Made by a program: the position numbers and the translations under genes. Source: Alphaproteobacteria bacterium (lineage in GTDB: Bacteria; Pseudomonadota; Alphaproteobacteria; SP197). From it: a DNA stretch of 64,000 nt. The notes under the pieces are model-generated. The model did not search any database and was not told where the DNA came from. It saw nothing but the letters and a program-made list of their open reading frames with translations. Positions 41,711-50,847 of the stretch are shown here, piece after piece (within the stretch, counting starts at the first letter, position 1; every line of letters starts with the position of its first letter). The stretch covers positions 352,001-416,000 of the forward strand of contig OZ245842.1 in NCBI GenBank assembly GCA_965228895.1, in the 5' to 3' direction.

Positions 41711-42852
41711 ATGTTGACGATATCTTCGACGCGCGTTTTCGCGAACGGCTGGCGAAGCCGGCCGGTGAGGGCGGTACGTGCCTTCCCAATGTTTGCTACA
41801 CAAACCGTGACTGGCTGGAACTCGAGAACGAACGACTGTTTGCGCGCACCTGGATCTACGCCGGTTGCCTCGATCAGATTTCGAAACCCGGCGATGTTCT
41901 GCCGCTGACCATCGCCGGCAAGCCAATCGTGCTGGTTCACGATCGTAGCGGCGAGATACGCGCGTTTCACAACGTTTGCCGGCATCGCGGTGCGCTCATC
42001 GTGGACGAGCCGTGCCGGGGCAAGACGGTTCTGACCTGTCCCTATCACGCCTGGTCCTACGGTCTGGACGGCAAGCTGCGAAGCCGGCCTCACTTCGGCG
42101 GCGCCGACAACCACGATCGTCCATCGAACGGCGGTGGACCCGATCTGGTGCCGATCCGCATGGCGCGCTGGTTTCGCTTTTTCTTCGTCAATCTCGACGG
42201 CCAGGCGCGAGATTTCGATGACTTCATGGCACCGCTGGCGCGTCGGCTGCCCCATCACGACTTCGACGCGCTGCGCCTCGGCAAGACGCTGGTCTGGGAG
42301 TTCCGTGCCAACTGGAAGATCGTCTTCGAGAACTACTTCGACAACTATCATGTCGGCACGATCCACCCGCGCCTCGACGCCTTTTTGCCCATGACACAGC
42401 GCCGGCCGTTCGAACCGGATGGGCCGCTGCTGCAGTTCGAAGCCTTGTTCGACGATCCGGAGGCAGGCCGGGGGGTTGGGTTGCCATACTATCCGGGCGT
42501 GCCGCCGGAACTCGCGCACTTTGAAGCCGGCTATCATCTCTTCCCCAGCGTCTGCTTTCAGATTTGGCCCGATCAGCTGACGGTCTTTCAGGTATTCCCC
42601 ATGGCGCACGACCACACGATTGAGCATCTGCACATCTTCTTTATCGGAGAAGGCGCCGCTGACCCCGCCTATGGGGCGGCCCGCCAAAGCGTTTACGACA
42701 TGTGGGACGAACTGAACCGCGAGGATATCAACGCCATTGAATGGATGCAGAAGGGCCGCATGTCGCCCGCCTTCGATGGCGGTCGTCTGTCCGGCTATTG
42801 GGACCCCGCCCTGCAGCACTTTGCCCGGCTGACCGTGGATTTGATGTCGTGA
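41707..42852 (+). CDS. Rieske oxygenase alpha subunit, R6
   Basis: CRHRG...CPYH; ENYFDNYHVGTIH; FDGGRLSGYWD; ATGA overlap with R5. Confidence 0.9.
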   Translation: MNVDDIFDARFRERLAKPAGEGGTCLPNVCYTNRDWLELENERLFARTWIYAGCLDQISKPGDVLPLTIAGKPIVLVHDRSGEIRAFHNVCRHRGALIVDEPCRGKTVLTCPYHAWSYGLDGKLRSRPHFGGADNHDRPSNGGGPDLVPIRMARWFRFFFVNLDGQARDFDDFMAPLARRLPHHDFDALRLGKTLVWEFRANWKIVFENYFDNYHVGTIHPRLDAFLPMTQRRPFEPDGPLLQFEALFDDPEAGRGVGLPYYPGVPPELAHFEAGYHLFPSVCFQIWPDQLTVFQVFPMAHDHTIEHLHIFFIGEGAADPAYGAARQSVYDMWDELNREDINAIEWMQKGRMSPAFDGGRLSGYWDPALQHFARLTVDLMS

Positions 42853-44813
42853 GCCACCCGCAGTTCCCGCATCTCTTCTCGCCCATCGAGATACGCGGTC
42901 GCGAGATCAAGAACCGGGTCTTCGTGCCCGGCCACAACACCGCATTGTCGGAAGGTGGCAAGATAGGCGACGCCATGATCGCCTATCACGAGGCGCGCAT
43001 GAAAGGCGGCGTCGGCATGATCATGACCGAGGTCCACTGTGTGCATCCAACCTACATGCCGCCGGGTCGTGCTTGGGCGACAAACGATGAGTGCCTGCCT
43101 GGACTGCGCCGTCTCGCCTTGAAGGGGCGTGACCATGGAGTCAGGATCATCGGTCAGGTGTTCCACCCCGGCCGCGTCGCGGCCGCTTCCGTCGACGGCA
43201 CCAAGATGGTGGCCTACGCGCCGTCGGAAGTGCCTGATGAGATGTACAAGACCGTGCCGACACCGCTTACCTGCGATCTTATCCGCGAGATCGTGGCGGC
43301 CCATGGCGACGGCGCCGCGCGCATGGCCGAGGCAGGATTGGATGGTGTCGAAATCATCTCCAGCATGGGCTATCTGGCCTCCCAATTCATCAATCCCCGT
43401 CTCAACCGACGTGACGACAAGTATGGCGGGTCGTTCGAAAACCGCATGCGTTTCGTGCGTGAGGTCGCCGCCGACATCCGCGCCAAGATCGGCGGCGACA
43501 TGATCCTGGGCCTGCGTATCTCCGCCGACGAGATGGACGAGGAAGGGCTCACCATCGAGGAGTCCCGCGAGGCCTGTGCCGCGCTCGATGCCGATGGCGT
43601 GCTCGACTACCTCAATATTGTTTTGGGCTCGACCGCGACTTACACGGGCTGGCAGCACATCATCCCGCACATGCAGTACGATGCCGGCTACACCGGCAAG
43701 AAGTCCGGCGCGCTCAAGGAAGCCGTCAAACGCGTCCCCGTCATGATCGCCGGCCGCATCAACCAGCCGCAAATCGCCGAACAGATTCTGGCCGAAGGCC
43801 AGGCCGATATGATCGGCATCGTGCGCGGCCATATCGCCGATCCCGACCTGGTGAGAAAAGCCAGTGAAGGACGCGTCGACGACATCCGCGCATGCATCGC
43901 ATGCGACCAGGCATGCATCGGTCACAGGCTCAAGGGTTTCCCGATCTCCTGCATCCAGTTCCCGGAGACCGGCCGCGAACTCTGCTTTGCCGCCAAACCC
44001 AGAGTCGACAGACAGCGCAAGGTGCTGGTGGTCGGCGGCGGGCCGGCGGGCATGAAGGCCGCCGCCGTCGCCGCCGAGCGTGGCCATAGCGTGACATTGA
44101 TGGAGAAGGCGACCCAACTGGGTGGCCAGGCGCTTGTTGCGCAGCTTCTGCCGGGACGCGCCGAGTTCGGCGGTATCGTCACCAACCTCCAGCGGGAGTG
44201 CGAGAGCCACGGCGTCGAGATCCGCCGTGGCGTCAACGTGACGAAGGAGATGGTCAAGGCCGAAGCGCCCGATGTGGTGATCGCCGCGACCGGCGCGACA
44301 GAGCGGCGCCCCGAATTGGAAGGCCTGGATGGCGCGCATGTGGTTGGCGCCTGGGGCGTCGCGCAGGGCACCGCCAATGTGGGTGGCAAGGTCGTGGTCT
44401 ATGACTGGCACGCGAACTGGATCGGGCTTGGCGTTGCCGAAAAACTGGCACGCGACGGCTGTTCGGTTCGGCTTTGCGTCAACGGGCCGATGCCCGGCGA
44501 ACACCTGCCGATGATGGTGCGTGACGGCTGGATGGGCCAGCTCCACAAGTTCGGCGTCGAGGTCATTCCCTATGCCCGGCTCTACGGCGCCGACGACACA
44601 AGCGTCTTCATGCAGCACGTCACGAGCGGCGAGCCGATCATCTGCGATGATGTCGAGACCCTGGTGCTCGCCACGCCGCATAAACGCGAGGCCGGACTGT
44701 GGGAATCACTTCATGACAGCGACTTGGAACTTCATCTGATCGGCGACGCATTGGCGCCACGTACTGCCGAAGAGGCGGTGTTGGAAGGCTTGCGTGCCGG
44801 ATTCGCGGTCTAG
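42849..44813 (+). CDS. OYE-family Fe-S flavoprotein (StcD/HpbA/DgcA-like)
   Basis: FHPGR, RDDKYGGSFENR, CIACDQACIGH...CIQ, GGGPAG; GTGA overlap with R6. Confidence 0.88.
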   Translation: MSHPQFPHLFSPIEIRGREIKNRVFVPGHNTALSEGGKIGDAMIAYHEARMKGGVGMIMTEVHCVHPTYMPPGRAWATNDECLPGLRRLALKGRDHGVRIIGQVFHPGRVAAASVDGTKMVAYAPSEVPDEMYKTVPTPLTCDLIREIVAAHGDGAARMAEAGLDGVEIISSMGYLASQFINPRLNRRDDKYGGSFENRMRFVREVAADIRAKIGGDMILGLRISADEMDEEGLTIEESREACAALDADGVLDYLNIVLGSTATYTGWQHIIPHMQYDAGYTGKKSGALKEAVKRVPVMIAGRINQPQIAEQILAEGQADMIGIVRGHIADPDLVRKASEGRVDDIRACIACDQACIGHRLKGFPISCIQFPETGRELCFAAKPRVDRQRKVLVVGGGPAGMKAAAVAAERGHSVTLMEKATQLGGQALVAQLLPGRAEFGGIVTNLQRECESHGVEIRRGVNVTKEMVKAEAPDVVIAATGATERRPELEGLDGAHVVGAWGVAQGTANVGGKVVVYDWHANWIGLGVAEKLARDGCSVRLCVNGPMPGEHLPMMVRDGWMGQLHKFGVEVIPYARLYGADDTSVFMQHVTSGEPIICDDVETLVLATPHKREAGLWESLHDSDLELHLIGDALAPRTAEEAVLEGLRAGFAV

Positions 44814-44831
44814 CCTCAAGGGCCGCGGCTG

Positions 44832-46796
44832 ATGACCGCGTTCCCCCATCTCTTCGATCCGCTCGAGATCCGCGGCCTCGATCTCAAGAACCGCATCGCC
44901 TTTGGTCCCCATGGCACCAGCCAGGGACGTACACCAGAGACGTTGCCGGACCTTGTCGCCTACCACGAAGCGCGGGCGAAGGGTGGTGTCGGTCTGATCA
45001 TTACCGAAGCCCATACGGTTCATGAAAGTTATGAGGTCCGCCACAGCCTGCTGGCTGTCAGCGACGATGACGCCATCCCCGAACTGCGTGCGATTGCCGA
45101 TGTCGCGCACAAGCATGGCGCGCGCATGTTCGGCCAGCTTTTTCACCCCGGCCGCGCCGTCGCCAACAGAAAGAATGGCGCTCTGCTGGCCGCCTACGCG
45201 CCCTCGGAGATCCCCGACGAACGCCATCACGTCATGCCTGCACCGATGTCTGAGATCATGATCCGCGATGTCATCCGTGCCTATGGCGCCGGCGCACGCC
45301 GTATGGCGGAAGCGGGCCTCGACGGTATCGAATACATGGTGTCGATGGGGTATCTGCCGGCGCAGTTCGTCAACCCGCGCGCCAACCAGAGAACCGATGC
45401 GTATGGCGGCAGCTTTGAGAACCGGTTGCGGTTTCTCACCGAATCACTCGCCGCCGTTCGCGATTCGGTCGGCGACGAAATCGTGGTCGGCATACGAATC
45501 TCCGTCGACGAGCTCGATCACGGTGGCCTCTCACCCGACGAGAGCATCGCCGTTTCCAAGGCGCTCGGTGACGCCGGGTTGATCGACTATGTCAACGTCA
45601 TCGGCGGGTCGGGCGCCTCGGTTGGCGGCGCCGTTCATATCGTACCGCCGATGTTTGTCGATCAGGCCTACCTGGCCGATGACGCGGCACGGCTGAAACA
45701 GACTGTCGGTCTGCCGACCTTGCTGGGCGGGCGCATCAACCAGCCGCAGTCAGCGGAGCAGGTCGTGGCGTCGGGCCAGGCCGACATGGTCTGCCTCGTG
45801 CGGGCCCTTATCTGCGATCCGTTCTTTGCGGCGAAGGCGGGGCGTGGCGAGGCCGATGACATCCGCGCCTGCATCGGCTGCAACCAGGCCTGCATCGGAC
45901 ACCGGCACATGGGCGCGATCGTCTCGTGTATCCAGCACCCGGAGACAGGCCGTGAGCGCACGTTTCCGCACGACAAGTCGAAAGCGGCGGCGTCACGTCG
46001 GATTATGGTCGTTGGCGGCGGTCCCGGCGGCATGAAGGCTGCCGCCATCGCGGCGGAACGTGGGCATGACGTCGCGCTTTATGAGAAGGCAGACCAGCTC
46101 GGCGGGCAGGCTCTGTTGGCACAGATGTTGCCGGAGCGCGTGGAGTTCGGCGGTATCGTCACCAACCTTACGCGCGAAATGGATCGCTGCGGCGTCGCCG
46201 TCAACAAGGGCGTGACGGTCGATGCCGCGATGGTTGAACGCGAGGCGCCTGATGCCGTCATCGTGGCAACCGGCGCGACGCCCTACCTTCCCAAGCTGGA
46301 GGGGCTGGACGAGACCCACGCGGTCGACGCCTGGTCCGTGATCAAGGGCGAAGCCAATGTGGGCGGACGCGTCGTCATCGCCGACTGGCGTTGCGATTGG
46401 GTTGGTATGGGTGTGGCGGAGATGCTGGCCCGCAACGGCTGCCATGTGCGCCTCTATTGCCAGGGCGTCATGCCCGGACAAAACCTGCAGGCCTATCTGC
46501 GCGATCACTGGATAGGGGTCCTGGACAGCCTGGGTGTTGAGACCAGGGCCTACGTGCGTTTGTTCGGCGCCGCCGTCGACAGCGTCTACTTTCAACACAT
46601 GACCAACGGCGAGGCAATTGTCGCCGACGACGTCGAGACCCTGGTCCTGGCGCAAGGCCACAGACGGGAGGCGGTGTTGGCCGAGACACTGGCGCAGTTC
46701 TGGGCCGGCGAGTTGCATGTTATCGGCGATGCGCTGTCCCCGCGCACGGCAGAAGAGGCGGTTATGGAGGGGCTTCAGGCAGCCATGGTGCTCTAA
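44832..46796 (+). CDS. OYE-family Fe-S flavoprotein (StcD/HpbA/DgcA-like), second paralog
   Basis: FHPGR, RTDAYGGSFENR, CIGCNQACIGH...CIQHPETGRE, GGGPGG. Confidence 0.88.
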   Translation: MTAFPHLFDPLEIRGLDLKNRIAFGPHGTSQGRTPETLPDLVAYHEARAKGGVGLIITEAHTVHESYEVRHSLLAVSDDDAIPELRAIADVAHKHGARMFGQLFHPGRAVANRKNGALLAAYAPSEIPDERHHVMPAPMSEIMIRDVIRAYGAGARRMAEAGLDGIEYMVSMGYLPAQFVNPRANQRTDAYGGSFENRLRFLTESLAAVRDSVGDEIVVGIRISVDELDHGGLSPDESIAVSKALGDAGLIDYVNVIGGSGASVGGAVHIVPPMFVDQAYLADDAARLKQTVGLPTLLGGRINQPQSAEQVVASGQADMVCLVRALICDPFFAAKAGRGEADDIRACIGCNQACIGHRHMGAIVSCIQHPETGRERTFPHDKSKAAASRRIMVVGGGPGGMKAAAIAAERGHDVALYEKADQLGGQALLAQMLPERVEFGGIVTNLTREMDRCGVAVNKGVTVDAAMVEREAPDAVIVATGATPYLPKLEGLDETHAVDAWSVIKGEANVGGRVVIADWRCDWVGMGVAEMLARNGCHVRLYCQGVMPGQNLQAYLRDHWIGVLDSLGVETRAYVRLFGAAVDSVYFQHMTNGEAIVADDVETLVLAQGHRREAVLAETLAQFWAGELHVIGDALSPRTAEEAVMEGLQAAMVL

Positions 46797-46870
46797 CCGC
46801 TTTTTGATTTCGGTATAGCTCAGCCCTACGATGGCGACAGTACTGATCGCAGGCCTTGAGGAGTAACAAC

Positions 46871-47494
46871 TTGGCAGCCAAAGCAGCCGTTCTGCCTGAG
46901 GAAACACAAGGCGCGCTGACCTTAGGCGCGGAGATCCGCGCCTTGCGTAAGGTGAAGGGTCTGACGCTGACCGATCTGGCAGAGAAGACTGGCAAATCAA
47001 TTGGGTATCTAAGTCAGGTCGAACGCGACATCACCAAACCGAACGTCAAGGTTTTGCAGGAAATCGCCGATGCGTTGGGCGTCGACAACGGCTGGTTCTA
47101 TCCGCCCGGGGAGAGCGCGGACCCACGTGAGAAAAGGTTCATTGTGCGCGCCCGCAACCGGCGCCAGCTTTCGTATTCGCGCCTCGGTCAGGCCGATTAT
47201 CTCGGCATGAGCGACTATTTGCTGTCGTCAAATCTGGAAGGGCAGCTTGTCATTGGCATCAGCACGCTCCACCCCGGCTGTTCGTCCGGCGATGACGGTT
47301 ACAGCCACGACGGTGAAGAAGCGGGCTATGTCATGGAGGGCCGCCTCGAGCTGACGATTGATGGCGAGACCTTCACGCTGGAAGCGGGCGACAGCTATTC
47401 GTTTCCCAGCCACCACAGTCACCGGTTTCACAATCCGACGTCGCAGAACACGGTCTTCCTGTGGGCCAATACGCCGATCTCGTTTCACTACTGA
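46871..47494 (+). CDS. XRE HTH plus cupin transcriptional regulator
   Basis: SIGYLSQVERD HTH; HDGEEAGYV...H.F.N cupin; TTG after GAGGAG. Confidence 0.9.
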   Translation: MAAKAAVLPEETQGALTLGAEIRALRKVKGLTLTDLAEKTGKSIGYLSQVERDITKPNVKVLQEIADALGVDNGWFYPPGESADPREKRFIVRARNRRQLSYSRLGQADYLGMSDYLLSSNLEGQLVIGISTLHPGCSSGDDGYSHDGEEAGYVMEGRLELTIDGETFTLEAGDSYSFPSHHSHRFHNPTSQNTVFLWANTPISFHY

Positions 47495-47564
47495 TTGACA
47501 CGTGCTGTGTCGACACGCCGACACTTGCGTAGGCCATCATGGCAATCGCCTGATTCATCGTTTG

Positions 47565-47779
47565 AATTCCCTGATGCGGCGGAAGATTTCCCAGTTGTAT
47601 CGAGAAAATTCCCTGTTCCGTCGCGTAGGGAATTCGCCGCTAACGTGCTGAAATTGCTGGGGGAACTTCACCAGAAAGCTGGATTTTGGACGGAATACGA
47701 TGAATTTCCCTGTATTTTCCCTGTTAACAGGGAAATCGCGGCAGAGACAGGTTCGCTCGAGACTGCCCGCACCACGACC
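47565..47779 (+). repeat. TTCCCTG-box element, copy B, abutting dif-like site 4
   Basis: TTCCC(T/A)G at 47567, 47588, 47609; same TTCCCTGTTCCGTCGCGTAGGGAA block and TTTCCCTGTTAACAGGGAAA palindrome as copy A. Confidence 0.85.
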
Positions 47780-47807
47780 ATATTCCATAATGCAGATTAT
47801 GAACTCC
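47780..47807 (-). other. dif-like XerC/D recombination site 4
   Basis: Minus strand GGAGTTCATAA-TCTGCA-TTATGGAATAT. Confidence 0.7.
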
Positions 47808-48013
47808 TTGGCCTGAGCGTGCAGCTGACGGTCCAAGGCATTCTAGTCTTTTCGTCCAGAGACGATTTCTCCGGTGCAGGTTCAAATCAGCCCGCATCCG
47901 AACACGATGCCAGACCGGTGTACAAGCGGTCGAATGGCAACGTCGGCTTCGGGCCCAAGTTGCCGACTTGCTGCATCGTGCCGGATGTCTGGACGCAGAT
48001 GTCGTCGAAGTGG

Positions 48014-48922
48014 CTAACCTCTACGCGGTCTCCTGAGATCGTCGTTCAGCATGTCAATGAAGCGGCGGACCCGCGGCTCCAACAGGCGTTTGTGGGGGTA
48101 AAGCGCGATGATGGGTACCGTGCCGAAATCGACCTGCGGCAGAACATGTTCAAGTCGACCATCTGCCATGTCCGTGCTCACCAAAAGCCGCGGCAACAAT
48201 GCAATTCCAAGCCCGGCCAGAGCAGCTTCGCGCAGGGCTTCGGCACTATCAAGGCGGAGGCGAACACGCCCTTGGACGCGGGCCCAACTGCCATCCACCT
48301 CCTTAAGGTACCAGCCTTGCCTATCCCCTCGACTTGCAAACTGAAGCAGCTCGTGAACACCTAGTTGTTCTGCTGTCAAAGGCCTATCGGATCCCGAAAA
48401 ATAGGCTGGGGCCGCGCAAAGAAGCGCTACGTCGACCAAAAGCGTTCGCGTTATGAAGCTTTGGTCAGGTGAGCGCACACCGATACGGATCGCCAGGTCG
48501 AAGCCTTTCTCTATGATGTTGTCGACCCGGTCCGAGAAACTCATCTCGATCTGAGTTTCGGGCCAGCGCTCTAGAAATCGGCGAACAGTCGGCAGCAGCA
48601 GTCTGCGTCCAAGGGCGTCAGGCGCAGTGACTCGCAGCGTCCCGCGAGGGACACCGCGGTTACCCGCGATACTATTGTCAACGTCCTCAATCGCCGCGCG
48701 GATGGCCAGACCATGTTCGTAAAGGCGCTGGCCTTCCTCCGTCAGGTCAAGCGCGCGGGTGGTGCGGTTTAGGAGCCGCGCGCCGTAACCGTCCTCCAGC
48801 CGCGCAATCGCCTTTCCTGCAGTCGAGCGCGACAAGCCGAACGCCTTGCCGCCGGCGACGAAACTTCCGCTTTCGACAACTGAAAGGAACACGAGGATAT
48901 CGTTCACCTTCGATCCGATCAT
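48014..48922 (-). CDS. LysR-family transcriptional regulator (CrgA-like)
   Basis: GSFVAGG...LLNRTTRALDLTEEG; FDLAIR. Confidence 0.92.
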   Translation of the reverse strand: MIGSKVNDILVFLSVVESGSFVAGGKAFGLSRSTAGKAIARLEDGYGARLLNRTTRALDLTEEGQRLYEHGLAIRAAIEDVDNSIAGNRGVPRGTLRVTAPDALGRRLLLPTVRRFLERWPETQIEMSFSDRVDNIIEKGFDLAIRIGVRSPDQSFITRTLLVDVALLCAAPAYFSGSDRPLTAEQLGVHELLQFASRGDRQGWYLKEVDGSWARVQGRVRLRLDSAEALREAALAGLGIALLPRLLVSTDMADGRLEHVLPQVDFGTVPIIALYPHKRLLEPRVRRFIDMLNDDLRRPRRG

Positions 48923-49024
48923 GGCACCCTCTTTGTGGACTGTTAATCGCTTCTATCACGAAACCAATTCGTCAATTGTTATCGCTATATGTGCTGACAT
49001 GACAGTTGATGAAAGGAGAGAGAC

Positions 49025-49432
49025 ATGTCCGCTTCAGTTGTTCGCATGAATCCGAAGACCCTGCCTGATACCGGCAAAGTCGGATACTCGCAGATCTCCA
49101 TCGCACAACCCGGGCGCTTAGCCTTCGTGTCCGGCCAGGTGGCCTGGCCCGACGAGGGCGGCGATGTTCCCGGATCGTTGGCCGAGCAGACCGCTATTGT
49201 GATCAAAAACCTGAATGGTGCTTTGGATGCCCTTGAGGCTACCCCTGACGACATTGTCCAGATGCGCGTCTATGTGACCGACTTGCGGTCCGAGACACGA
49301 GAGATCGCAATGACAGAGATCTTGCGCTTTCTCGAGGGCGCACAGCCCAGTCTCACAGGCATTGGCGTCGCCGCTCTGGCAGCACCTGACCTTCAGATCG
49401 AAGTTGAAATGGTGGTGCAGGTCGCAGCCTGA
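49025..49432 (+). CDS. RidA/YjgF-family protein
   Basis: GYSQ, FVSGQV, IGVAALAAPDLQIEVE. Confidence 0.88.
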   Translation: MSASVVRMNPKTLPDTGKVGYSQISIAQPGRLAFVSGQVAWPDEGGDVPGSLAEQTAIVIKNLNGALDALEATPDDIVQMRVYVTDLRSETREIAMTEILRFLEGAQPSLTGIGVAALAAPDLQIEVEMVVQVAA

Positions 49433-49592
49433 CACCGATCGAGGAGGGCACAATGACGACTGCACCCTCCAAACTCGACCTTGTTCGAAGCCGACGTGAC
49501 GGGCTGGTGACCATCGCTGCCACTTAAGCTGCCGCCACACTCCCGGACACGGCTTCACTCAAACTGAACCTGACCTGAAAGGGCCTGCTGAA

Positions 49593-50423
49593 ATGTCTAG
49601 CATCACCACCACCGACGGAACTGAAATCTTCTATAAGGACTGGGGTCCGAAGGACGCTCAACCCATCGTGTTCCACCACGGCTGGCCGCTAAGCAGCGAT
49701 GACTGGGACAACCAGATGCTGTTCTTCGTTTCAAAAGGCCACCGCGTCATTGCCCATGACCGTCGCGGGCATGGGCGGTCGAGCCAGACCGACGTCGGCC
49801 ATGGCATGGAGACCTATGCCGCGGACGTGACCGAACTTGTCATGGAACTGGATCTGACAAACGCGGTTCACATCGGCCACTCGACGGGTGGCGGTGAAGT
49901 CGCGCGGTACGTGGCCCGGGCGCAACCCGGTCGTGTTGCCAAAGCAGCACTGCTTGGGGCGATCCCGCCCTTGATGCTGAAGACCGACGCAAACCCCAAC
50001 GGCATTCCGATGGAGATTTTTGACGGCTTCCGCACCGCACTTGCGGCAAACCGATCGCAGTTCTTCCTCGATGTTCCGTCGGGGCCCTTCTTCGGCTTCA
50101 ACCGCGAAGGCTCTGAGATTAGCCAGGGTTTGATCCAGAACTGGTGGCGCCAGGGCATGATGGGTAGTGCCTCCGCACAATATCAGTGCATCGCTGTGTT
50201 CTCGGAAACCGACCAGACCGCGGACCTCAAAGCGATCAACGTTCCGGTTCTCGTGATGCATGGCGAAGATGACCAGGTCGTGCCCATTGCGAACTCTGCG
50301 CTCAAGGCGGTCAAGCTGCTGAAGAACGGGACGTTGAAGACCTATGATGGCTTGTCACACGGTTTCTTCGCGACGCATCCTGATGAGGTCAACGCCGATC
50401 TGCTGGACTTTGTTGAGAGCTGA
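49593..50423 (+). CDS. Non-heme haloperoxidase/arylesterase (alpha/beta hydrolase)
   Basis: FYKDWG, HHGWPLSSDDW, DRRGHGRS, GHSTGG, DDQVVP. Confidence 0.92.
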   Translation: MSSITTTDGTEIFYKDWGPKDAQPIVFHHGWPLSSDDWDNQMLFFVSKGHRVIAHDRRGHGRSSQTDVGHGMETYAADVTELVMELDLTNAVHIGHSTGGGEVARYVARAQPGRVAKAALLGAIPPLMLKTDANPNGIPMEIFDGFRTALAANRSQFFLDVPSGPFFGFNREGSEISQGLIQNWWRQGMMGSASAQYQCIAVFSETDQTADLKAINVPVLVMHGEDDQVVPIANSALKAVKLLKNGTLKTYDGLSHGFFATHPDEVNADLLDFVES

Positions 50424-50639
50424 CAAAAACCAAATTGCCGGGCAGGAAGGATAGCCGGGCAATGCAACCGTTCGGATTGGAAACCCTCGAGGCAAGACGG
50501 CCATCACCTTACTTCGGCGTATTGTTTGGTCCCATACCGATGCCTACGAAACGGTTCTCTCCCGAACTTGCCGTTGTTCGAAACGCCGCCTGCTCGTAGT
50601 GATGGTGGCGAGCCAGCGATCTAAATTTGCACCGTGTGT

Positions 50640-50667
50640 ATTTTCCGTAATGCAGATTATGGGGCCG
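50640..50667 (-). other. dif-like XerC/D recombination site 5
   Basis: Minus strand CGGCCCCATAA-TCTGCA-TTACGGAAAAT. Confidence 0.65.
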
Positions 50668-50847
50668 GCAAGATGTCCGAATGGCGACGAAGAGCGGACA
50701 TGGCGCTTCGCGGTGCCCTGTGTCCGCTGATAGCTAGGAACAGACATTAAGTAATGTCTGCATTGGGCAACAACAAAGACATGCCAGCTCTTCCCACGAA
50801 CAACTCCGTCCGCCGATTGAGACCTGACCTGCAGTTTGGTCGGTCGA

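Noticed and set aside
42795-44681. 628-aa minus-strand ORF (likewise 40487-41926, 41479-42819, 51262-52665)
   Set aside because: Antisense shadows of well-supported genes
14728-50667. The 28-bp motif as a transcription-factor operator or integron attC site
   Set aside because: Three of five copies lie between convergent genes; no attC-type RYYYAAC/GTTRRRY hairpin and no intI. The operator reading is disfavoured, not excluded
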